The notes: generated by a model from the sequence alone, not told the origin. Counted from the first letter of the stretch, positions 43,656 through 58,366 are shown. The stretch: DNA of 64,000 nucleotides from Octopus vulgaris (GCA_951406725.2 OX597814.1:224936001-225000000), one strand, 5' to 3'. Translations and numbers: made by a program.

Positions 43656-44124
43656 CTACTGAATGATCTGACAAAGAAAGTGTGCCAAAGACAAAATCGT
43701 TTGTGACATTCCAATCTGTTATTTACAACTGAGATTCTAACGAGTAAAGCATCTGCCGGATTTATTGTTTTCGTCGGTCATCCCAGCAACTGATAAAAAA
43801 AAGACAGTTCTAAATGTTTCTACGAGAGACCTAAATGGCTTGTTGCTTGCTTACGTCATCAGTTCCCGACGAAATGTTGCTGGGGTGTTTACACACGCTT
43901 TCACACCTCAACACGGCGTGTGTGTGATCTCTGGAAAATATAACAACAGTTCAAAACAAGTACCCATCTTATTAAAAATCTTCTGGGTACCGTACCCATT
44001 CTCGATATGTACTTGCAAAAGTCTTAAATACACATGCTCTCTCTCTCTCTCACTCTCTCTTTCTCTCTCTCACACACACATTCACGCACATACGCACTGA
44101 TACATATAGATGTAGATATGTATA

Positions 44125-44176
<52 letters not shown>

Positions 44177-44178
<2 letters not shown>

Positions 44179-44379
44179 TATTTTAAGCAGCAGAAAATTC
44201 AACAAAATCTGTTACTCTGAGTTTCTCGTTGCCGTTCATCGTCTGATGAACGGCAACGAAAAAACTCAGAGTAAACAGATTTTGTTGAATTTTCTGCTGC
44301 TTAAAATAAAGCATATTACTCTACCACTGGTATTTGAGTACTCTTTTTCCACCTTGTTTCACATTTATGTGTTTACTCC

Positions 44380-44381
<2 letters not shown>
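44177..44381 (+). mobile_element. Hairpin element folding back at the 5' edge of an HHR
   Basis: Near-perfect palindrome 44177-44310 centred near 44241. Combining both arms gives gt-CTGATGA(44243-49)-acggcaacga-GAAA-ctcagag-TA-acag. Confidence 0.75.
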
Positions 44382-44454
<73 letters not shown>

Positions 44455-44907
44455 GTATGTATGTATGTATATGTGTGTATATATGTGTGTATGCTTACTC
44501 ATATATGTACACATATGTGTGTGTGTAGAAGATGTTTTAGTCCTCCCTTTATCTAAGTACCAGCTAATAATTCAGGGGTCAGTTGAGCTCCTCCTATATG
44601 CCCGGTCTCCCCCTCTCCCTATCCGTTTCACGCAATACCATCGACCTCTTCATTGTGTTCATAAATTCCCTTCTGTTCCACATCTCTCGTTAGTTTCTAC
44701 GTCTCAGACATTCCAGGGTAGCTGGTCACTGCATGCTGCTCATAATATCAAGCAACCCGGACCACACTGGGCGGATGAAGCAGGCATATCGGAACAACTA
44801 TACAGGATTATCTCTTTATTGAGACACTTTTAGGGAAGATGACTATTCTCTCATCTTTTCATAACATTTTTTCTAAAATATATCAGACAATATATTTTTT
44901 TTTAAAT

Positions 44908-45073
44908 AGGCGCAGGAGTGGCTGTGTGGCAAGTAGCTTGCTTACCAACCACATGGTTCCGGGTTCATTCCCACTGCGTGGCGCCTTGGGCAAGTGTCTT
45001 CTACTATAGCTTCGGGCCGACCAAAGCCTTGTGAATGGATTTGGTAGACGGAAACTGTAAGAAGCCCGCCGTA

Positions 45074-45146
<73 letters not shown>

Positions 45147-45350
45147 ATATGATTGTGTATCTGTGTTTGTTCCTTCAACATCACTTGACAACCGATGGTG
45201 GTGTGTTTCCATCCCCGTAACTTAGCGGTTCGGCAAAAGACCGATAGAATAAGTACTAGGCTTCCAAAGAATAATTCCTGGGATCGATTTGCTCGACTAA
45301 AGGCGGTGCTCCAGCATGGCCACAGTCAAATAACTGAAACAAGTAAAAGA
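44908..45350 (+). mobile_element. SINE family B (full length)
   Basis: Collinear with 22556-22970. Confidence 0.92.
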
Positions 45351-46163
45351 GGAAAATAGAGAGCACAAAAGTGATTTCTTTAATAAATAAAGTACAAAAA
45401 GTGATTCAGAGGCCGAGAGTTTCGTGCATGGTATTTAACAAAGTCACTTGAAATGTAGCAGCTTGCTTCTTTCTATAGACAGTGAATTACCATTATTTCC
45501 GGAACTTAAAACTATATACGCATATCTCACATTCGGAGGTGAAGCTGGTCATAATTGCAAATTGCCAATATATATATTGCCAATTTGCGGATAATAACGG
45601 ACTGACTTGGTGCTTCAACTTAAGTATCTAATTCATGTGACCATCTTTCTTTTCTTGCACGGACATTCTAAAGACTGGAGGTTTATTTTTTCTCTCTCTC
45701 TCTTCTAACTTTTCTCTTTTCAAAGACAATATTTCTACCAGCGTTCACTATTTTCCTCTCGTTCTGGTTTGTTTTCGTTCGGTTTTCTTGTGTGACTCCA
45801 CTGTCATGTTGTTGTTCCAAACTTTGACCCTCTATAAATGCTAAATCTTATTTTAGAATTTATGGGTGCAACTGTCTTTGAAGACTCATATTGTCGTTGA
45901 ATGCTCGAAATGAGGAGTATATAGACAGCCGATAACTGATGAAGGGTCCTCTCTCTCTGTTTGCTTGTCCTGTTTTCCATTTTTTCTCTCGTTGTTTCCG
46001 TATTTAACTCGTTTGTTTACGTATTTCATGTTGCTTGCACAGTTGGTGACGTCCTGTCCCCATATATGCACACACACATATACACACACATACATACATA
46101 CATACATACATACATACATACATACATACATACATACATACATACATACATGCATACATACAT

Positions 46164-46712
46164 GGTGGATTCCCCCTCGTTATCGAGTATGGCCATTGCA
46201 CGAAGCTTAATCAATGTTGTTATCGTGCAATGCCTGTGCAAGAAGATTTTTTTAAGTGAGGAAAGACTGTGCACTGAGTCAATCCCACTCACTAAGCAAC
46301 AGCAGCCATAATCCGAAAAGAAGAACAAGTCAACATCATCGGTAACCACTGAGCCGCAGGTTTTATGTCAGAGTTATCCCAGTTACCTGAGTTACCTTCT
46401 CCTAGAAGGATGCCCTAACAAAGGCTAGGAGTCCTTCACTCCCAATGGTTTAACCGCGCTATCGGGTATTCAGTCTGATTATTTCTATGTCCCCGCGCAT
46501 GATCACCCTTAAAACATTTATTGGATGGCCGTTGACTCTCAAGAGTTCCTCCGCCCTTTGACGGGTTTTGTTTTTCATCCCGCAAGGTGTCCAATAAACA
46601 CCCTCCTCACCAAGCAAGCTTGGTGGGGTTGCCGGTTTTGTCGTCGACGACCCGACCATGCAACAGGTTGTACTGAGTTACATGTTACCAGTAGCACTCG
46701 AAAGTGACCTGA
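46164..46712 (-). mobile_element. GC-richer structured insert resembling an RTE 5' UTR or RTE-derived SINE
   Basis: ccttctcctagaaggatgccctaacaaaggct resembles RTE 5'-UTR motifs. It contains hairpins and lies between (TACA)n tracts. Confidence 0.4.
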
Positions 46713-46744
46713 CATACACATACATACATACATACATACATACA

Positions 46745-46829
<85 letters not shown>

Positions 46830-46874
46830 TATTATTTATTATTATTTAATTGAACGCCACGCAACCATTTCCAA

Positions 46875-46941
<67 letters not shown>

Positions 46942-47101
46942 CACACACACATATGCATATACTTTATTTGCGAATAGTCACTTTGATAATTTATACTTCT
47001 CATTTCACCATTTCCGGAATCTATAAATGTTTCCTATGGTGTTCTCTATAAGACTGAGAGGGTGAGTTAAGTTCTTTAACCTTAGGCGACGGAGTAATAC
47101 G

Positions 47102-47145
47102 TCAATGATGAAGAGTAATCAAATCTGAAATCAGCGCTGATATGA
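47102..47145 (+). ncRNA. Minimal HHR motif with C3A change
   Basis: tca-ATGATGA-aga..tct-GAAA-tcagcgctga (palindrome)-TA-tga. Confidence 0.6.
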
Positions 47146-47364
47146 TTCCATTTTTGCTTGCCGTAGGGAGGGCGCTTGTCTCCTTTGTCAGTCATTAGAA
47201 AAGTGCTCTCACGTAGTAAAGAGTTGTTTTCACTTTTACCTCTAGCAATGGTATTGCTGACGAGCACCCTCCGTCATTTTCGTGACCGCTATACTTGTGA
47301 CTTCCGGTTGTACATTGCGAATAGCTACCTAAATAATTCATATAAGTATATATATATGTATATA

Positions 47365-47585
47365 TAATTGGTAGACGTTAGAGAGTGACTCAGGAGTCGA
47401 GATTGTCGTGCAATAGAACTTGTCAAAACGGCTCTATAGGCATTGTCGAAGAAAACACTAGGCCCTTCAATTACTCGTTACTATAAAAGACGTATATATA
47501 CATATTGCGTGGGTGAGTGCGCGCGTATGTATGTATATATATATATATATATATATATACATAAGCGCGCACTCATACACACACA

Positions 47586-47657
<72 letters not shown>

Positions 47658-47759
47658 AACGAGTAACTGGAGGACCGAGTGTTTCGTTCGACAGTACCTA
47701 TAGAGCCATCATGACAAGTTCTACTGCACGACAATCTTGGCTCCTGAGTCTACCAATTA
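47365..47759. repeat. Inverted repeat pair flanking a microsatellite
   Basis: 47365-47486 is the inverse of 47651-47759, with moderate divergence. Confidence 0.75.
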
Positions 47760-47823
47760 TTAATAAAAGACGAATATATATACTCGTAACTTGAGTTCTA
47801 CATTCCTGATGGCACCACTAAAG

Positions 47824-47854
<31 letters not shown>

Positions 47855-47856
47855 TG

Positions 47857-47930
<74 letters not shown>

Positions 47931-49220
47931 CAAACTATAAAAACCAAGGTAAGCTAGTAGAGGAAAATGGACAACAGTATATATCTGTAAACAACGGATC
48001 CCTAGCTCCCGCCTTAGCTGTGAACTTGGAACCTAACCGATTACCAATTATAGCACTTACACAGCGTACCTATTCGTTTAGATCACCAGTGAGCTAAACT
48101 CCTTACACACACTCACACATACGCACACGCACACACATACACGCACACATATATATTGTGTGGTAAGAAGTTTGTTTTCCAACCAGTAGGCTTCGGGTTC
48201 AGTCCCACTGCATGGCACGTTGGGCAAGTATCTTCTACCTCGGTAGACGGGAACTAAAAGAAGCCCGTCGTCTATATATATGTATATACATTCTTTTATT
48301 CTTTTATTTGTTTCAGTCACTTGACTGCGGCCATGCTGGAGCATTGCCTTTAGTCGAAAAAACCACTTAGTTACGGGAACGTAAATTCAAACCCTGATCC
48401 GGTGACAAACACACATACACAGACAGACAGACACACACACACACACACACATAGCGGCGCACGTACACTTTCGTCTCTTATATGTATATTTATATTTATC
48501 TAAATCTTGCACGACTCTATTCTTTTATTCTTTTATTCTTTCCTTCTTTCCATCAGCCCTTTCACGCTTATTTCGTTCATTCAACTCTTCCTTCTTTCTT
48601 TCGTTCCTCTGTCTTACATTTCATAACCTTCTCTTCTTGCTCACTTTCCCCTCCTCTTTTCACTTCAGTGTATCCCCGTCATTTTTACTTGCCCCTCCTT
48701 ATTTCTTCTGTTTCTCTGTCTCTACCTCTCTCGCTTCTCTCCCCACGCGACCGGTGTTCGACCAAGCTTGACCTTTCTTTCTTGGTTCGGCCGCTGTCCA
48801 TGCAACATCTATATTCTTCCCCGTTCCTGTGAAATCTTGTATCTCTGCCGTAAGGCTTTACTTCCGTACACGCCAGATTAATTTAATTCGTCCTTAGTCG
48901 AAAGATACATGTTGTTATGTCCTGTTATTTGCATTTGTGTAATCTTCTCCGTTTTTTTCTCGTTCTTGTTTTCGTATACATTCGCTGCTTTCTTCTAATG
49001 CTCTTAGCTTAGTTTTTCTTGGGGCTGGCCATATTGGAGCAATCTCGAGTAAAATCAGCAGAAACTGCAAGGATAATCTGGAACTCGACTTAGGAAAGAA
49101 AACTCCGAATGACCCGTCCTTGTTTTCTTTATATCGTCAATCTGGATGTTTTGTTGTCCCTTTCTTGTATCACGTAACTGACTGGATGTTTTGCGTTCTT
49201 GTCCCATTTTGTGTGTGTAT

Positions 49221-51760
49221 ATTAGATGGCTCGCTTTCTTCAATGATAACGAGGACTTAAAACAGAACGGTACGGAAACATCTTCCGAATATAAGAAGCT
49301 ATTCAAGTCGAGGAAGACACCGCCACCCAATCCCAGACTGAAGAAATTTGAGGACGACTTGTGGGACATTGTAAGGAGCGTTAAATTCCGTAAATCGCCA
49401 CTTAGGAATAAACACCTTGGATACCTCAACAAAATTACCAAAGATATAAACAGCTCAGACGCTATCCTAGTCCAATCAGATAAAACCAGGAATACATACA
49501 AGCTAGCAAAAAAACATTATTTAGAATTGCTCACGAAGGAAATACAGAAGAATTACAGAACTACGAATAAGGACATACTTAGAAAAGCCAACTTGGAAAT
49601 TAAGAAAATCATGGTTCCTCATGGTTTGCAAATGAAAACACAACCACTCAACCCAAGGCAACCAAGATTCATCGTCAAGGACCATAAACCAAACTTCCAA
49701 ACCAACCCAGCATTAAGGCTCATTTGCCCTTCTAGTTCCGACATCGGTTCCATAAGTAAGTACATTTTGGATAAATACATACCTAGATTAGTTAATAAGC
49801 TTAAACTCAACATATGGTCTAACTCCACTCAAGTCGTAGAATAGTTCTCTTCCATTTCTAATAAAAATAGCACTAAATTCATTCAATTCGATATTTCCAA
49901 TTTCTACCCTTCGATAAACCCCATCGTGCTCAATAAGGCCCTATGGCACGCACATAACAAGGCAGGACTGACAAGGGAGGAAATTAATATAATTCTAGCC
50001 GCTAGAAAATCCTTCATTCAATTCGATGATAAGTTATGGGTCCGTAAGGATACTCCCAACGCGTTCGATGTGCCAATGGGAAGCTCAGATAGCGCCCAGG
50101 TAGCCGATTTGGTCGGAATCTATATTCTATATGAATTAGCCGACCAATTCCCGGACATATGCGGCATTCTGTATCGAGACGATTGTCTTTTTTACCTACA
50201 GAATGTCCCTAACAGTAGGATACAGAAGACTAAAAATAGATTAGTTAGATTTTTCAGCAGGATGGGCATGAGCATAATTTTTGACAACGAACTAACTAAG
50301 GCCAATTTCTTAGATGTTACCCTAAATTTGCATAATAATTCTTACTTCCCTTACCATAAGCCGTCTACGAACCTAAAATATGTCAGTATTTTTAGTAACC
50401 ATGCAAAATCTATCACCGATAATTTGGTTAAAAATATATCCTTAAGACTATCTAAGTTATCAGCAAATGTCGACATTTTTAAACAGAAAGCAGAATTTCA
50501 TAATGCCGCTTTGTCAAAGGCCGGTTATAGGGATAAGGTATCATATATCGATCCGGCCTATCCTAAACTAATATCTACCCATCAAGATAAGATAACTTCT
50601 AATAATGATATAAATAACATAAATAGTGATTTCAGCTCTAGCAACGTCGACACAAATATATTTTACAATAATAACTTACGGACCAGGGGAGGCCAGCGTA
50701 GACCAAAACCCATTCTACAACACAGAAATATACCCTTTAATGTAAATGTCAACACTCTCAGCCATTCCAAGAACTATAAAACTATATCTGGTTTGTGATT
50801 CCTTTCGGGAGACAAATCAGGTCTAATCTCCCTTTGCAATTCCGTGAAGCCGTTACTAAGAATTTTCCTAGGAATTCTAGATACTACTCCACTATAAATT
50901 CGCATAAAGTAAGAATAGCATTCTCAAATACTAAAAATCTTTCGCAGATAATAGCTTCCCACAATAATAAACTGCTAAATAGGGCCTCTCCACCCATGAG
51001 TAGCGACACCGCCCTTACCCATTCCAACGTAACATACAATAATAATAATAATAGAAGTAGTATGGATATTAGCAACATTCATAGCAGCATTAGCGTTAGC
51101 AATAGTAATAATGATAATAACATTAGCCAGATTATTAACAGTGGTGGTGTTAGCGGTAATAGTACCAGCATTCTTAATAACAGTTATATTATTGATGATA
51201 ACAATCGCAGCATTCCTAGAGCCAGGGAATTTGCCGACGATATTATAACTAATAGTAATGATAATAAGATGAAATGTATCGTAGCCAAAGCCAGCAACAA
51301 TTTTTACACCTATCACAACAATAAAAACTCTGTCTTAGTATCGGAAACCAACCCCAACAGATTAAAGTTCTTATCCAAAAATTCCAAAATTAGAAACACC
51401 ACTTACCAATGCAAAATCTCTTCTGGAACCGATGTCTACTTCTATATTGGCGCAACCTCTTCTAAATTAGCCCAAAGGGTCTCCAACCATTATTCCACTT
51501 TCAGAGATAAGAGAAAGCAACACAGCACGGGGCTAAGCAAATTAGTCTGGCGTCTGAAGAACAATAACACTACGTTCAAGCTCGAATGGGCCATTTTGTC
51601 GGTGTCCTTCCCGTTTGATAAAGGCAGAAAATTTTGTGGCATCTGTAATTCCGAACTTTTTCATATTTTGTTCGCCAAAGGCCCTTTAATAAACATAATC
51701 GTCGAAAGATCCTACAGGTGCTTACACTGGAAAAGACACACCTTTCATTCATATAAATAG
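49221..51760 (+). pseudogene. Penelope-like element (Naiad-type) RT + GIY-YIG endonuclease ORF; 5'-truncated, one nonsense codon and one frameshift
   Basis: One frame from IRWLAFF (49221) through KDHKPNF..RLICP, then VVE*F (TAG 49842-44 where Trp is expected), FIQFDISNFYPSI, FDVPMGS, LYRDD (50169-50183) and NFLDVTLNL. A 1-nt loss in the A-run near 50778 leads into YIWFVIPF, then YIG (51443), NH, LSKLVW, CGIC..E and RCLH. These motifs match Naiad-clade PLEs. Confidence 0.93.
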
Positions 51761-52323
51761 TGATTAATATAGATAACCCCTCGATTTCCAAAAAAAATTT
51801 TTGATATATTTCACCCCAATAGTCAAAAAAGATTTTCTTATATTCCCAATTACTACTATCCATTCTTGCGTTGCCTCTCACCTCGCTCGATTCTTTCTCC
51901 CTTTCGCTAACTACTTTCCTTTCCCTACAGTAAACATAATCGAACATACATATACAGACCTTTCAACTCACAGCTGTCAGTTTTCTGACATCTGCCCATC
52001 CACAAACACAATCACGCATTCAGACACACACATACACACATTAAGACAGTTATATACAGTCACACACACAGGCATTCATTCACAAAAGAAATCATTTAAA
52101 CCCACCATTCTTTTGACCTGCACTCTCTCACCTTACTATTCTTATGCCTCCCTCCTCCTACTTCGTTTGAACTCTTTGAACCTTTAGAAACTTCTAGATT
52201 CGTCTACATTCAGCCACTCTGACGTCACTCATTATAAAGAGACACTCATTATCGCCATGGGCTCCTTGAGAGCGGTCAGCTAAAAGTTTTTTGTGCATTT
52301 TGATGTCGACATAAGTTTCCTTG

Positions 52324-52408
52324 ATTTTCCTGATGAGAAATCTGCATAATGTACTCCTTATTCCTTCGGAATTAGGAATATGCAGCCTTCGAAACATATG
52401 TCGAGAAT
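52324..52408 (+). ncRNA. Type I hammerhead ribozyme in the PLE 3' repeat
   Basis: attttc-CTGATGA(52330-36), stem II (gaa..ctgcata/tatgcag..ttc), GAAA(52391-94), palindromic catatg, TC, gagaat. The core is complete and the triplet is GUC. Confidence 0.88.
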
Positions 52409-52611
52409 AAAGGATATTTGTTAACTAGACGTTCAACTCCATTCTTTCATATACTTATAATTTTAAAATAAACATACAAATTTCCGCACGAAGACACGTA
52501 GTCTATGCCCTAGGGACGTAGCTTCAACCGTGTTCTTTCTGATGTGAATTTGCTGCCCAGGTATCGGTTATCTTTCGAATTATCCTTAATAAGATAATTC
52601 ATTCAATTACT

Positions 52612-52791
<180 letters not shown>

Positions 52792-52810
52792 CCCGTCATA
52801 TATATATATA

Positions 52811-53073
52811 CGACGGGCTTCTTTCAGTTTCCCTCTGCCAGATCCACTCACAAGACAGTCGTCCAAAGTGTCACGCAGTGGGACCGAATGTAGTTGCAAA
52901 ACAATCTTTTTAGTGCAACAAATCGATCCAAGGGCTTATTCTTTGTAAGCCTTGTACTTATTCTATCTGCCTCGTTTTGTCGAACCGCTTTGTTAAGGTG
53001 ACGTTAACACACCGCCATCGGTTTCAAGTAATAATGGTGGGAGACAAATCACATATATATACATATGTATACC

Positions 53074-53121
<48 letters not shown>

Positions 53122-53280
53122 TATATATTCGACAGGCTTCTTTCAGTTTCCGTTCATCATATCCATTCAGAAGGCTTTGTTCGTCCGAAGGCTAAAGTAC
53201 AAGACACTTGCCATAGGTGCCATGCAGTGAGACTGAACCCACAACCATATGGTTGAAAAGCAAAAATTCTTACCATACTT
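52811..53280 (-). mobile_element. SINE B fragments
   Basis: Two minus-strand partial copies, 52811-52905 and 52915-53280. Confidence 0.75.
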
Positions 53281-53305
53281 AGACAGACACACGGACACAC
53301 ACATG

Positions 53306-53340
<35 letters not shown>

Positions 53341-53885
53341 GTATATATATATATATATGTGTGTGTGTGCGTGTATATATATATATATATGCATATATAT
53401 ATATATATATATATATAAACGTACACGTATGCATGTATTTATGTATGTATGTATGTATCTGTGTATGTGTCTGAATGTTTATTAGATATTCATCACAAAC
53501 TACCAGTGAGAAAACTGAAAGCAACGAAGGAATTTTGCAACAAAATAGAAAATATAACTCTTATATTATAACATTTAAATATTAAAATAGACTTCTGAAT
53601 TGCCCTATATATAAAAACTATATAATTATACATTATATATGTGAGTGTATACGCAAGCGCATACATATATAATGAACCAGAAAAGATATTTATAGAACAC
53701 GTGCGGGAATGCGTGTGAGCATTTGTGTGCGCATGTGTGAGTGAGTATTTGTTTACATGTATGTTTTGGCACGTGGATATATGTGTGAATATGTGTGCTC
53801 TTTGCCGTTCTTGGATAATCAACACAGAACTACTTGCCGTGATTTATCGAAGAATATTTCCAAAACATCAAATCTATTTCTTTCT

Positions 53886-53971
<86 letters not shown>

Positions 53972-54184
53972 GTTTCTCTGTCTGTTTCTCTGTCTGTTTG
54001 TCTGTCTCCCTGGCTGGCAGTATGTATGTATGTATGTATGTATGTATGTATGTATGTATGTATGTATGTATGTATGTATGTATGTATGTATGTATATATA
54101 TATACACATATATATTTATATATATATACATACACACACGCAAGCGTACACATATGTTGTACGTATGTAGACTGTAAATTTCAG

Positions 54185-54262
<78 letters not shown>

Positions 54263-54433
54263 CCTATCTATCTATCTATCTGTTTCTCATTCTCTCTCTG
54301 TATATATGTATGTATATGTATATACATATATGGATTCACACGTACGCGCACACAACCAGACACACACACATACATATTGCAAGAAAATAGAATGAACAGA
54401 GTGATAATAGAAAGATATGGAAACAGACAAATT

Positions 54434-54487
<54 letters not shown>

Positions 54488-54832
54488 CGGAGAGATAGAT
54501 AGACAGATAGATAGAAATAGAGAGGGAAAGAGAGGGAGAGAGAGAGAGACAAACAACTATAAAGACATAAATATAGGTATTTGTTTACATAGTCAGCAAA
54601 AATATCACAAACGAAACCGACTTGAAGCTAGAATCGAAACCGTGTTACACGCTTTGCTACTCTTATTCTACATCTGCTACAGTATGCAATGAATGTTACA
54701 GCTGGTTGCGCACCAACCACAATACACACTGTGAATGGTGGTGAATGAACTAGCAACCGTTTATACATGTGATAATAACTGTCCATTGATATAAGAAACG
54801 ATGGAAGCCACAGACATACACACTCAAAAGTA

Positions 54833-54917
<85 letters not shown>

Positions 54918-55045
54918 GTATTGTTTTATATATTCATATATATATACCTGTAAGTGCATATACAAACACACTGGTACCTATATACAGATCTATACATATG
55001 CATACAAATACTATGATTTGTGGTCGTGTCTTTAAATCAATTCTA

Positions 55046-55278
55046 CCATATATGGCGATGAAGTCATTCAGTGGGGTCCTCGCCGTACCGAATCAGCTCC
55101 AACCGCTTTCAACGCAACCCAAACCAGACCAAACCAAACCAACCTAAACCAACCAACCAGCCTTTCACTAAGTCGGACTAGGACCTGGGTCCCATACGTA
55201 TCCTATTAACTTCGTGACGTCAGGCGAACAGCTCTTGACGTCACGCTTGACGTCACGGGAGCAGCACGCGGTAAACAA
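55046..55278. promoter_or_regulatory. Candidate CREB/SRF-responsive enhancer or promoter
   Basis: CArG box CCATATATGG (55046-55), TGACGTCA at 55215, 55236 and 55248, CACGCG at 55265 and Fox site GTAAACAA at 55271, in CpG-rich non-repeat DNA. Confidence 0.6.
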
Positions 55279-55376
55279 ACACAATACGATGGCAGAAATG
55301 GTAGTTCTGCTTAGAAGCATTGATTTATCTCCTACCACGCTTCTTCTACTTCACTATGCCTCCATCTTCTTTTTTC

Positions 55377-55415
<39 letters not shown>

Positions 55416-55502
55416 TCACTCTCTTTATCTCTCACTCTCTCTCTTTCGCTCGCACTCTTATATGCTTTCTTGTTATAAATATGTTGCTACTCGAAAACGA
55501 TG

Positions 55503-55585
<83 letters not shown>

Positions 55586-56089
55586 ACAGTTGCGCGCGCA
55601 CACAAAAATACACACAAATACACACACATAGACACACGATTTACGCACGTTATTTATTTTTACTTTTCTTTCATTTCAATTCGTGACATCAGTCACTGGA
55701 CTGTGGCTATGCCAAGGGGCCGCATTCAAGGGTTTAGCCGATCAAATTGACCCTGGGAATTATTTCAGTTTCGTATTTATCTTATCTATATCTAATGACA
55801 TAAAACATACGACATAGATCGAACACGTAAACATAGACACAGAGTTGAAGAAAACATATAAAGTACACGCACACATACATACATACATACATACATACGC
55901 AATCACATACAATACACGTATAAACATCGACATGCCTGTACATGTGCCTGTCTGTGTGTGTACATATATATATATGACAAATCAGCAAAAGGACAAGAAC
56001 AAACAAAAGGAACAAAGGTTTTACTAGCTTAGCACTTGAATAGGAAAGGGTGCTTCGTATATACATATATAAACGTATATATGAATATA

Positions 56090-56610
<521 letters not shown>

Positions 56611-56639
56611 GTATATATATGTGTGTTTGTGTATATGCC

Positions 56640-56943
56640 GAGACCCCGTTCTCTCATGACTGACCATGGGTTTGCACCTAGAAAGTTACACTCCCAAGCA
56701 CACGTCCGGGCAAGGTTGCTTATGGAAGATCAGCAGTCACGTCCCCCTCTCCACGCAATCAAATGTTATCCAAGGGAAAGGCAAAGGCCGATACAGCTTG
56801 GCACCTGTGACTTCGCAACTCATTTCTACAGCTGAGTTAACTGGAGCAACGTGAAATAATCACAACACGCAGCCCGGTTCAGGATTCGAACTCATACCTC
56901 ACGATCGCAAGATCGACGCTCTAACCACTGAGCCGTGCGCCTT

Positions 56944-56944
<1 letters not shown>
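56640..56944 (-). mobile_element. SINE family A
   Basis: Collinear with 479-810. Confidence 0.9.
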
Positions 56945-56975
<31 letters not shown>

Positions 56976-57052
56976 ATATATATATATACATATATATATA
57001 TGTATGTATATATATATATATATGTATAAATATATATGTATATATTTATATA

Positions 57053-57102
<50 letters not shown>

Positions 57103-57285
57103 AACACACACTGATTCACACGCACATACATACATAGACACATACACACGTGTGTATATGCGTATATATACGAGTGTGTGTTGTATATACGTATATCTGT
57201 GTATGTATAAGCATACGCGTATATACATGTATGTATGTTTGTATATACATAGATTGTTATATTAACTTATACATGATATATATAT

Positions 57286-57336
<51 letters not shown>

Positions 57337-57770
57337 TTTTTGTCAAGTGGCTCTCGATGCACATAAAGCTACAAACGATGTCATCAATAAAGGGTTTTAT
57401 CTTTTCTTACTCCCTGTTTTGTGTTTTGTATTCCTACTTTCTACTCTCTCTTTAACTAGTAATTTATCCCCAACCATCCGTACAAATCTCCCCTTCTTCA
57501 CTTGTCTTTTACCTTCAACCTTCACATAGCGCAACTGCGAATCAGACACACCAAAAGCATGCAAATCCTTCTGGTCACCCGACAGACTAATATTAGGAGC
57601 CAAATCAGCCAAGCAGAATACAAAAAGTAAACAAGCAATAAGCAAACAAGAAACAAAAAAAAAATTGAAAGAAAAATAAGATAAAATAACAATAGAAACA
57701 TTGCATAATGTAATCCTAGATACAGTGTATCGATTTGAACAAAAATACATGATCTCTGCTAGAGTTCATC

Positions 57771-57807
<37 letters not shown>

Positions 57808-58039
57808 CTATATAATATCTTAGTCTGCTTTGCTGAATCAGGGATTGCCTGTTGTCAAACACATGTAATGACAACGTCGTGCCCAAAACAAAGGAAGGAT
57901 GCTCTATGTAGCCTTTTGATTTGCTAAACATAGCAGCTCACAAATCAAGGATTTACCGTTTAAGAAAAGGTAGGACAGTTATTAAAGTGTGTCCTTTCCT
58001 TATTGTACTATATACACCTGTACATATACCCTAAGTTTG

Positions 58040-58102
<63 letters not shown>

Positions 58103-58366
58103 CACAACCACCACAATCACTACTATTAACACCGCTACCACATCTACGACTACTACGACCAAAAATACTACTACTATTACTATTACTACCAATATCATCA
58201 CCATCACTACTACTACTACTACTACTGCAACACGCACTCCTAACAGCACTACTACAATTACTACTACAACTACTGCTACGACAATAAATACTATTTTTGT
58301 TGCTGTTGCTGCTGCTGCTGCTGCTCCTCCTCCTCCTCCTCCTCCTCCTACTACTACTACTACTAC

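Noticed and set aside
45872-45945. HHR in the pyrimidine-rich repeat family
   Set aside because: Stems II and III are unconvincing and the motif is not retained in the 31.9-kb copy.
50796-50798. Selenocysteine TGA, as in some Naiads
   Set aside because: The TGA is out of frame after the frameshift, and the correct frame reads IWFVIPF. I saw no in-frame TGA at Cys positions.
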